Below, one piece after another: positions 35,284 to 46,319 of a DNA stretch of 64,000 nt; within the stretch, counting starts at the first letter, position 1; each line of letters begins with the position of its first letter. The notes below the pieces were generated by a model that saw only the letters and a list, made by a program, of their open reading frames with translations, was not told the origin of the DNA and made no database searches. The position numbers and the translations under genes were made by a program. Source of the stretch: Amoebidium appalachense. Lineage: Eukaryota; Protista; Ichthyosporea. The stretch spans positions 8,200,907-8,264,906 of the forward strand of contig CAVNZM010000001.1 in assembly GCA_963693365.1 (NCBI GenBank). Direction: 5' to 3'.

Positions 35284-35584
35284 TTCACCCCCGGGCCCCG
35301 AGGCGCCCCCTGGAAATCATCATCGGATACGTATCCACAGGTCCAACATGGATGTACACACACACAAACACACACATGCACACCAGCTGCCGCGGCGATT
35401 CCTTGAGGGAAGCTGAGAAACTGAGATAAATTAAATGCAAATGGGGGACTGCCCACCGGTGCACCATGGCCACAGTGCACGTGCAGGGTGTAAGCCTTGT
35501 GTGTCACGGTTGGGTACATGTAAACCTAGCCCCGGGGGGGGCGGAGGGGAGAAGAGAGGTGGGGGGGGGGGGGGGGGTACACAG

Positions 35585-36110
35585 ACACTCACACAATGCA
35601 TACACAAGTTCAGATGGATTTAGATCTTAGTGAAGAAAGGCGAAGTTTGAAACATCATCCCACGCGCTTTCGACATTTTCAAAAGTTTATTTTTAATATT
35701 TAACACTGACTGAGAGCCACGGTACACAAAGCACAATTGCACTTGTCAAAGAAGCCTCCCATATTCAGTTATACATGCACACAAGTTATGCTACAAATTA
35801 AAACATGCATATCATACGGTACATTATACCACACACTACTACTTCTAGGGCGCATGATGAAGTTGAGTTCATTAATGAATGATTATCATTTACCTTTAAA
35901 GCCTCTATCAAATATTACAAGTGTTGACAGAAGCCTTGCACCATACAACCGTTACATTAAAAGGAAAGAAGAATCTTCAGTATGATTATACTGTGTAAAA
36001 TATAATAATCATGGCCTCCATATGGAAACTCAGGAACCTAAAAAGACCGGTTTGAAAATGTTACTAATAGCTAGTCACTAACAGGTCTGCCATTTGAAAC
36101 CGGTGGCGCG
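35585..36110. repeat. Diverged duplicated non-coding block, copy A (copy B at ~44350-44830)
   Basis: Collinear shared words: cactcacacaatg, tagatct(t/c)agtgaa, atatttaaca, gagccacg, caaatattaca, ccttgc..catacaaccgtta, atttgaaacc(g/a)gt. Confidence 0.7.
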
Positions 36111-36149
36111 CCTAAAAAATCTGCCAACTGCAACCGATTCATTCGCATA

Positions 36150-36192
<43 letters not shown>

Positions 36193-36414
36193 ACACACAC
36201 ACACACACACCACCACCACCACCACCACCACCACCTCCTCCTCCTCCTCCTCCTCCTCCTCCTCCTCCTTCTCCCCCTACCCCGGGAAGAAATACATAGA
36301 TATACATACACACACTGTGCACATATCAATATGATACAATATAATAATAATTAAAAGTCCTAACAGCGGTCTGTCATTATCAAGAGGAGGGGGAGGGAAA
36401 GGGGGAGGGAAGGT

Positions 36415-36454
<40 letters not shown>

Positions 36455-36554
36455 ATGATAGTGATTTCACTGTGCATTCCAAATATTCAATGTGACTAAA
36501 ATAATCGAGATATGCACATTGTCAACGTAATATAAACTGTCCCACAATCGCAGG

Positions 36555-36856
36555 ATGGATGTTGTTGGTGATAACGAAGGTGACTTGTGGGAAGGTTTCT
36601 CTGGGTGATCTGCAACAGAATTGCTGCATCTGGCCCAAGTAAGGTCATGGCTGCAGCGCAAACGGTGTGTCAATGTTGGAGCTTATACAAATACATCACC
36701 ACAAAGAATTGCTAAACTGACCACATACCCGACTCCCCCCCCCCCCCCCCCCCCCCTCCCCTCCCCTCCGCCTCCTCCCTCCCTCTCTCCCCATTTCCCC
36801 ACTCCCCGCCTCCTCCGAGTCCTCCCCCCTTCTCCCCCCTTTTCTTCAGGAGGCTC

Positions 36857-36900
<44 letters not shown>

Positions 36901-38224
36901 ACCACCACCTACACCCCCCACCCCAACCCTCACCCCGCCCTCACGAGTCACCACCCACCCATCCACCCTGCCACAAAATAATCATGAACGGGCGTGTACG
37001 CTCCCAATCACATACCTAAGCACAGGTCAGATTTTAGTGACCCAACAAAATCGTGCATGCGCCAAATCTTACGAGTGCAATTGAAAGACGCTGTATCCGA
37101 AAATAAGTTTGCGCACCTTTTGCGGATGTGCATGCCCAGGCAGTATTAGTAGTTTATAAGTTCAAAAGAATTAAAAGTGCAGGTTATGCGCCGCTACTGT
37201 GGAGATATGGTAACTGAGTGTCACTTGTTTGATGGTTCTTGGTACCTTCCGAACATGTAGTTTTCTCCAGATGTGTTCGGGTGCCCGTCCATATGCATGT
37301 TGCTCAAGCAACCCCCCCCCCCCCCCCCCCCCCTCCCGCCCTCCCCCTCCCCTCCTCCCTCCCCCCCCCCCCAAAAAAAAAAAAAAAAATAAAAGTAAAA
37401 TAAAGTAAAATAAAATAAAATAAAAATAATAAACTTGTCTTCGATTCTGCCTTGTTCTGTACACCGCCAAAGCTGACCCGCCAGCCTTGCCCAACCATTT
37501 TAAACCAGGGACCCCCCCTCCCCCTCCTCCCCGGTCCCCTTCCCCTTCCCCCCCCCCCCTCTCTCTCTCTCCCCCCCCCCCCCCCCCCCCCCCTCCCCCT
37601 CCCCCCCTCCCCCCCCCCCCCCCGGCTCCATAGGGGAATTCGAAGGCATTTTTTCTTCCTCATTTTCCCTTCTTGCCCACAAACTGAATTAAAATGACCC
37701 CTCATTCCCCCTCCTGAAGGCTGCCAAGTTGAAAAGCAACAAAGAAGTGTATTCTCTACTTCAACTATTTCTGTCCGCGGGGGACGGGCGATGGGCGGGC
37801 GGGCGGGGGGGAGGGGGGGGGGGGGGGGATGGGACTAAGGGATCCAGAAAGGGACTCGATAAGGGGTTCTCTCGAGTATTTATTTTTTATGTTTTGGACC
37901 CTCGAAGGCATCGAGGAGAATGGGGAGGGGGGAGTGGGGTGGGTGGATGGCGTGATGGGGGGGGGGGGGAAAGGAGGACCTACTCATCCTAATCCTTCCG
38001 CCATTCCCTTACTCCCGACTCCTTTCTTCAGACCCAACAGCGATTTTCTAGACATGTTAATGCATAAGGGCCACGGGGAAGTTTACGAGGTGCGATTGTG
38101 GTGTGCCGGCAGCCATTTGTGCACTGTTAGAATCCGATGAACCGTTATGGTTGCCCATATGTACATATACGAAGTTCGGCACAAAAGCAAACAAGTGTGT
38201 GTGTGCGTGTGCGTGTGTGTGCGT

Positions 38225-38272
<48 letters not shown>

Positions 38273-38713
38273 TGAAGGCGGGGGTTGGGGGGGGGGGGGG
38301 GGAGGGGGGGGGGGGCGAGAGGAAGTTGAAGCACAAAATAAGGGGAAACCGTTCCTTCCTTTTTTTTTTTCTCTCTCTCTCTCTTTTCTTTTTTTTGTGT
38401 GTCTGTGGGAGGGGAGGGGGTGAGAGTGTGGGGCAGGGGGGGGGGGGGGGGGGGTTGGAGATGACGAGCAGACGCACATGCCTGTCACACCTGCACACAA
38501 TAAATTTTGGAGAGAACAATGTCCGAACACAAACTTAAAGGAATTGTTTCAAATAATTGTGTGCATGTGCATGTGTGTGTGTGTGCTTGTGTGCCCATGC
38601 TGTAGTGGCGTTGCGTGTGCGCTTCTTTCTTTTGTCCTTATTTTTTATAATATGATTTGCCTTGTCATATGGAAACGTCCTTTTTCGCTCTTTTTGTTTT
38701 CTTTTTTTTTTTC

Positions 38714-38747
<34 letters not shown>

Positions 38748-38779
38748 GGGGGGGAGGGATGGATGATAATTGAAACGGT

Positions 38780-38814
<35 letters not shown>

Positions 38815-39218
38815 TGATGATCTCATATCCATCAGGTATTGTAGACCGTATTATCTTAAGATTTGGACAGAAAAAATAGCACTTTAATCTTGATTTCAAT
38901 TTTCCTTATTTTGATCACCCCTCTACGGTGTATCACATTTTTGCTAGTTTTCTATCACATTGCAGCACAGCCATCCATTATTACTTTCGAATGAAAGCTT
39001 TAACTTGGTCATTTTTTCTATGTCTCCTTATCACAAAGAATTGTCCCACAATCAAGCATATCAAACACACCTCCTGTCTATCTGTCGGGCCCGGGCACTG
39101 TGAGTTTGGGCGGCACACGCAGAACACGTGACAATGGTCACAGGTCCATGCTGGTGACTTGATGCCAGAAGTGCAGAAGCCGCCCAAGTTGATTTGTAGC
39201 CGAATGTCCCTCAGCCAT

Positions 39219-39253
<35 letters not shown>

Positions 39254-39257
39254 CGGG

Positions 39258-39289
<32 letters not shown>

Positions 39290-39512
39290 ACACCACGTCT
39301 CCTCCCCCTCTCCTCCCCCTCCCCCTCCCCCCCCCCCCCCCCCCCCTGGCCGCGGTTGTAAATATGGATTTATAGACAGTATATGAGAGTGAAGAACATT
39401 GCCGACAGAGCTTCCCGCAAGATACCTTTCCCTGTTCAGAATCATGCACACTGCACACATCGATAATGTGGCATTTGACCGCCGTCAATGGGTGCAAAGT
39501 GTGGAAAAATGA
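36555..39512 (+). CDS. Putative micro-exon gene, unknown small protein (~90 aa or longer)
   Basis: Phase-consistent GT-AG chain 36555-36579, 36619-36638, 37183-37209, 37720-37748, 38032-38089, 39144-39187, 39440-39512. It gives MDVVGDNEELLHLAQVMRRYCGDMAAKLKSNKEVPNSDFLDMLMHKGHGEVYEVHAGDLMPEVQKPPKIMHTAHIDNVAFDRRQWVQSVEK*. No family recognised. Confidence 0.4.
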
Positions 39513-40208
39513 ATATCAATACGCCGTTGAAGAGGAATGGGCTAATAGCATTATATATGTTCATGTGCGTGTGTGTCTCTCTGGGGTAGTATGTGTGTAT
39601 ATGTGTTTTCGTCTGCAGTGCACACGAGCAACCTGTGCACTTTTAACAGTTGAAAACCGGAGATGCAGGGGTAAAGGGAGGGTTGGGTCGGGGAGAGGGG
39701 GAGGGGGGAAAGGGTGAGGGGGGAGACAAGAGAAGGGAGGGGGGGGGGGGGGGGGGGCAGGGGGACGGAGGGCTTGCGTGGGGGGAGGGGGGGGGGGGGG
39801 GGGAGGGAGGGAGACAAATGGGAAGGGAGACGGTATTTCACCCTTTGATAAAAGGTTGGTCTCATTGTGTTATGTATCTGCACCGGCACCTTCTGGCTTT
39901 TCTGCACCCAAAAACGGACATCCGTCACCCCCTAGTTCTAAAAAAGCAAAAAAAAAAAAACAAAAAAAAAAACAAAAAAAAAACGAAACTCAGAAAGAAA
40001 CAGTTGCCCGAGTTAGTTTTGTCAGTGACTGCTGTTTCTTTCAAGTTTGAGTTGTTCGTTTTTGGATATCATGGTGTCAAGGCTGTTTTTCACGAAGTGG
40101 GGGTTATCCGATGGTGTGTGTATCAGTCAGGTATTTTTTTTAGAACACAATTCTCGTACCCACGCCCTCCTGTGTTGCCCCAAATCCCCCCCCCCCCCCC
40201 CCCCCCCT

Positions 40209-40249
<41 letters not shown>

Positions 40250-40555
40250 ACCCCACCCCCTTTACGCTATCGTAACGCAACCTGCCATCGATTTCCTCAA
40301 ATGTCTTGATTGTGCCTGGACCGCAAAAATGAAATGGAACAAAAAAGGTCGAAAAAGCCCCACAATTCAACGTGTTAAACTCACTGTCCTCTTTTTTACC
40401 CTCGTGTGGCGCAATTTCTTTCGCGCAGCAGCCCATTGTAGATTCGTGAACATTGACATAAATGTTCCTCTTTATCTCAGGTTGAGTGGCTATCAGCTTC
40501 GCTGGGGCTGTTACCTCTATGCTGCCCATCACTAAAGCTGAATCACCAATAGTGT

Positions 40556-40630
<75 letters not shown>

Positions 40631-40846
40631 ACCACTACCACCACCAACTTGACCACCACACTCCCACACTCCCACCCACCCATCCGCGGTATCCTACCCA
40701 CCCACACCAAGGCCTCCTAAGAGGTGTGCGGATCAGGAAGCTTGCAATTATGCTGACCTCCACTCCCCTTCTGCCTCCCGCCACACACACACACATACAA
40801 TAGCACACAAAGTGTACACACACAAACGCACACAATGTACACACAC

Positions 40847-40897
<51 letters not shown>

Positions 40898-40929
40898 ACC
40901 CCCCCCCCCCCCCCCCCCCCCCCCACCCC

Positions 40930-40969
<40 letters not shown>

Positions 40970-41382
40970 ACGCTCAAACACGCACACAGCTAACTTATGT
41001 TGAAACCACCTCACACACACACAATCACACAGACGCGCGCAGGCACGCGCACGGGCACACGCACACACCGCGACGCAAGTATGCACGTACCCGCACGCAC
41101 AGAAAAAGCGCACACTCAAGAGTTTCCGGCCAGCATCCTGATCATGAATTTACGTGCACAAATTCCAAGCACATTTGCACACTTTTTCCAAAAAACACCC
41201 CAGTCACATAGTGTCTCAATTATATCTGCAGATGGGCTCGGCAGCTGTCGTGTGGCACCATTTTCGCATCAAGATGAGGTCTTGACAGAAGGAGTTTATC
41301 CCAGAACTGCTTTGAATTATCTAGAGTTCATTCTAACTCAGACAGCCCATCCTACTCCACACACGCACACACGCAGACACAC

Positions 41383-41414
<32 letters not shown>

Positions 41415-41707
41415 TCTCTCTCTCTCTCTCTCTCGCCCTCTCCTTCTCTCCCTCTATCTGTTTTTCTCTCTTTCTCCCTCCTTCCCACTCTCCCTCTCTC
41501 TCTCTTTCTATCTCTCTCTCTTTCTCCATTTCTCTTTCTTTCTTCCCCCTCCCCCCCCCCGGCCCCCCCCTGCCCTGCCCGCCCGCCCCCCTTCCCCGAG
41601 GCGCGCGCTCTCTCTCTCTCTGCCTTACCCTCTCTCTGTCTCTCTCCACCCCCTCACTTTCTTTCCCTCTCTCTCGCTCTCTCTCTCTCTCTCTATCTCT
41701 CTCTCCC

Positions 41708-41794
<87 letters not shown>

Positions 41795-41815
41795 CCCCCT
41801 TCTCTCTCTACTCCC

Positions 41816-41856
<41 letters not shown>

Positions 41857-42125
41857 CCCCCCCCCCCCCTCCCCCCCCTCTCCGCACCCCCCCCCCCCCC
41901 CCCCCCCCCCGCTCTCTTTCTAGCTTATAGTTTCATCTCACATCCCCATAACCATCTTCCTCCCCCCCTTCTGCTTTTGACACCCCCGAGAAAGGGCCCC
42001 TGCCCCCTGCCCCTCATTAACCTACCCCCCCCAACCCCCCTCTCTCCTCCCCCCCCCCCCCCTCCCCCCCCTCCCCCCTCCCCCAAGAGCCCGCAGCTCC
42101 CACCCCTCCTAATCCCTCAGCCACT

Positions 42126-42157
<32 letters not shown>

Positions 42158-43659
42158 TTCCCGTGCATGTCGACATCCAAGATGTTTAGCGTGTGTTTTT
42201 GTGTGTGTTTTGTGGTTGTGTGCTTTGTGGTGTGCGTTTTTGACAATTTTGGGTACCACAGTCTGTGGCCAGATCTCTCAGCAGCTGTTGGTGCCACCAT
42301 GTCAAACAGTCAACAAATGTCTTGTAGAGGTCACTTAATAGCGATCATAGTATCAGCTTACCTTAGGCTAACCACGGTATATCACACCGTATTTTTTTAT
42401 AGTGTATCACATTTCAGCACAGCCATCCATCCATTAACACTAATTAATTAAAAGTATAAAATGCTTATGTGAACTATGATGGTTCCAGGCAATGTTCGTT
42501 TTTAAATCTCAATGTGTCAGGTTGTCTTTCACGAGGTGATAACGAGGTTCTCCCATGGTGCATCATAACGGTTTGAATGAAGTTCAACGAAAACACAATT
42601 ATAGTTTCCAAGGGGCCATGTGCGACACAAACCCCCCCCCCCCCCCCCCCTCCCCCCCCTCCCCCCCCCCCCCCCCCTCCGGCTCAAACACACACACGCA
42701 CCCACTCACCCACCGTGATCATACGATGATAACCGTACAACCGGGCGACTATGAATCTCACGTGCCTCATTTTGTATCTTACATAATCACAAAAGAAAAA
42801 TATCCCACATCAAGCCTCAAAACACACTGACCTTAATATTATCCCCGTATGGCAATTGACTTTCGGGCAGCAGCTGCACATTTGTGAACTTTATTATCAT
42901 GATGTTCATCGTCTCAATATCTTCATCTGAAGAGGCTCCCCAACTGTTTAGGCATATGCTTGGGGCTATGAGTGCTACCCGCTGTAGACATGGTTGTGTA
43001 CATTCACGTGCACACCGTGCTGTTTCCCCACAACCAGTCTACGTGCCTTTGTGTCTTCTCGCCAGAGGCTGGAATAGAGCCACGGAAGCAGCTACTAATC
43101 GGCTGCATCACTTTTAGCTGTATTCCTTATTAGGGCAGTTGCTCTGCACCTTAAGTATGCAGTTAGGAGCGATGCAAAGAACATGAACACTTCGCCAGCA
43201 TGTATCTTCGGTGTACGGCACACACTGTGTGCCGTAGACACTTTATTGGGCACTAGACATACACATGTAGCACTGTAGGATAACTTGAAGCTAGATTATG
43301 ATCACCCAGGAGAAGCTCATGTACTCATGTATATGTCATGTACTTTTTTTTTAAGTAGGGCCACATGCCTATTGGCTGTCGCCTTACAAAAGTATGCGAG
43401 CAGTGCTCTCCGGACCGGCGGAAACCAAGGGACTATAAAAGGCTGGTACATTCCAGACTTGGGTCACTTGGGCGGGGCTGTGTGTCCGAGTAAACGTTAC
43501 ACTAGTCGTGCGGTGTCAGACTAGCTGTAGCACCCGCTTTCTTGTCTCTATACTTACGTGCTTCTCCTAGCCTGCATATGTTAACTAGGGCATAGTATTA
43601 GTGTATTCACACCTGCTGGTTTTCACCGCATCGGGAAAGCTGAATGACCCATAGTGTTT

Positions 43660-43701
<42 letters not shown>

Positions 43702-43927
43702 CCCCTCCCCCCCCCCTCCCCCCCCCACCCCCCCCCCCCACACACACACCATCCCTCCTCCCTCCCACGTACAGGTGCTTACCGCGCTCGTGGCACATTC
43801 CGTTGCACCCACCCGTACATCCAACCCCACACACAAACACACACGGTGGTGGTGGTGGTGGTGGCCATGGCGTGTGTGTGTGTGTGGTGGTGGTGTGTGT
43901 GTGTGTGTGTTTGGGGGGGGGGGGGGG

Positions 43928-43961
<34 letters not shown>

Positions 43962-44296
43962 GGGGCAAGTGGGAAGAATTAGAGACAAGCTGGATTGCTG
44001 TGCTGTTTACTAATAGAGCCCAGGCCGTGGGCCGGGGTCCGAGTCACAAAAAAAGAGAGAGTGATGGAACAGGTATTAACTTCAAACAGTTCATTCAGCT
44101 ATGACTAGGGGCGCCTGCACACCACACACACACACACACACACAAAAACACACGCAAACACATAAAAAAAAGAACACACACACGCACACGCCGCACACAC
44201 ACACACACACACGCACAATGTCCCGTTTCCAAAAACAAAAAAACCGATTGCTCCAAAAACGTTGGCAATGCATTGAACAGTTTTCTCCTCTATTCC

Positions 44297-44344
<48 letters not shown>

Positions 44345-44349
44345 AAGCC

Positions 44350-44830
44350 ACTCACACAATGTACACGTAAAGGATCTAGATCTCAGTGAAGGAAGAAATC
44401 TTTTTAAACACACCTTTAATAAAGGTCCAGGTTTGGCCGTGGGAACATTTATTTATTTCCATATTTAACAGTGAGCCACGTGTCTACCACGTGTATACGT
44501 ATGCACTTGCCTTAGTGCTCATCTATAGAACATGCATAAGTACACTATAGCACACATTCAGTCTATTTGTAGGACGCTCATGTTGACTTCATTATTATCT
44601 ACCATTAAAGGCTTAAGCAAATATTACACGGTATTTACACAACCCTTGCGTCATACAACCGTTATGTACGTTAAAAAGAGAGATTTCTATTCTTAAAGCT
44701 GTGCTAAAAATAGTCCTGGCTAGGCTATAGAAACTCCGAGGAAACTTGAAAATCCGGTTAAACATGTCAGTGTGCAGACAACATGTCAGACTCGACAATT
44801 TGAAACCAGTACCGCATCTTGGATCTGCCC
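44350..44830. repeat. Diverged duplicated non-coding block, copy B
   Basis: Collinear similarity to 35585-36110. Confidence 0.7.
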
Positions 44831-44841
44831 AATCCATTCAT

Positions 44842-44878
<37 letters not shown>

Positions 44879-45189
44879 GAATAATGATACATATATATAT
44901 ATACATATACCTATACATATGCATATCTACAAATTGAAATAAAAAGGCAGTGGGTGGTCATTTCAAGCCTATTGCTAGGTGTAAAACCCTCAAACCTGCA
45001 ACTATCGAGGATCAGCGCAACCACACGAATTCGGTGGCCAACATCACCTCCAAAAATGCCATACATAGGCATTCAAATTTATGTCATCTGTCAGCGATTC
45101 ACATTTGCCCGACTCCAGGCACAATCATGTCATGTCCCTGCCCAAGCGGAACAATGCTCGTATCCAAACAGCACACACACACACACACG

Positions 45190-45243
<54 letters not shown>

Positions 45244-45316
45244 CACACGCACACGCACACGCACACACACACACACACACACACACGGGCACGCGCGCAC
45301 ACACACACGCACACGC

Positions 45317-45368
<52 letters not shown>

Positions 45369-45377
45369 AGCCCATAT

Positions 45378-46286
45378 TCACACGGATGCATCCGACCAAT
45401 CAACACTCTCCTCATCGCTTTCGTCATCTACCAGTGCCCACCTCTCCTCAGGGCCGTCCATTTGCGCAAAATATGGCGAAGATCGCAGCACCTCTAACAG
45501 CCAATCGGAATTCAGCATCGACCCACGTGCATGTGCACGTGATTGCAGTAGAGACCACAACTCTTCACGTGTGATGCCACCCTCCTGCGAAAATGAAAAC
45601 GAAAACCCCCCGAAAAAATGCAAGTGAGTGTACGTTCGCCGAATTTGAGGTGTGTAAGGGTGGAAAATGAGGGGTTTTGCGCGTGGGGCTGGCTACCAAG
45701 AAAGCAAACCTAGAGATCCCACCTTCATACCTACAACCTGATACAGGGGCTCAAAGTGAAGAAAATTGGCAACACGTATCAAATACGCTATATGGGGGGG
45801 GGGAGGGGGGGGAAGGGGGTTCCGTAAGATGGTGTGTGAATCAATCAATTCAAAAGCTAAAGCATTGGAATTGTGTGTGAAGTTTTGTGCTCCAAAAAGA
45901 CACACATGTGCACATATGCACAAACCCACCGATCGATATAACAAAAAGAGAAAGTCTGGTTTAAAAGATAGCAAAAGATCTGGAGGTAGGCTTTGGATGA
46001 CTGGATGACTGACCGGCTGGGCTGAAGTTAATTATTACTCGATGAACCCTGACCAGTCGTATTGACCTGTTTATCGTGCACCAAAAAGTTAACATACGAC
46101 AGGCTCATATACACATGGACCAAAAAACGAATTTTTTCTTTTATGCACGACCGTGCGTCTGTGTGTCCACACTTAGAAAGCTGTGCGTGTGAACTTTGCC
46201 AGCAATAAAGAAGGGAAGGGGAGGGGGAGGGGGAAGGGAGGATGGGGGCCAGTTGGGGGCAGCGGGCACATCTGGGGCGAGCGGGT

Positions 46287-46319
<33 letters not shown>

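Noticed and set aside
36530-39055. Minus-strand H/ACA snoRNAs suggested by a shared gattgtgggACA ending at ~36538 and ~39042
   Set aside because: Upper stems are weak, the two sites do not share a fold, and a 12-nt match may be chance. The first overlaps the better-supported + strand exon chain.
40140-40535. Overlapping ORFs on both strands around 40.1-40.5 kb
   Set aside because: No recognisable domain, they run into poly-C/G, and no confident splice partners were found.
43214-43256. Helitron 3' end (hairpin followed by CTAG)
   Set aside because: CTAG is followed by A rather than T, and no matching 5' TC end or second copy was seen.
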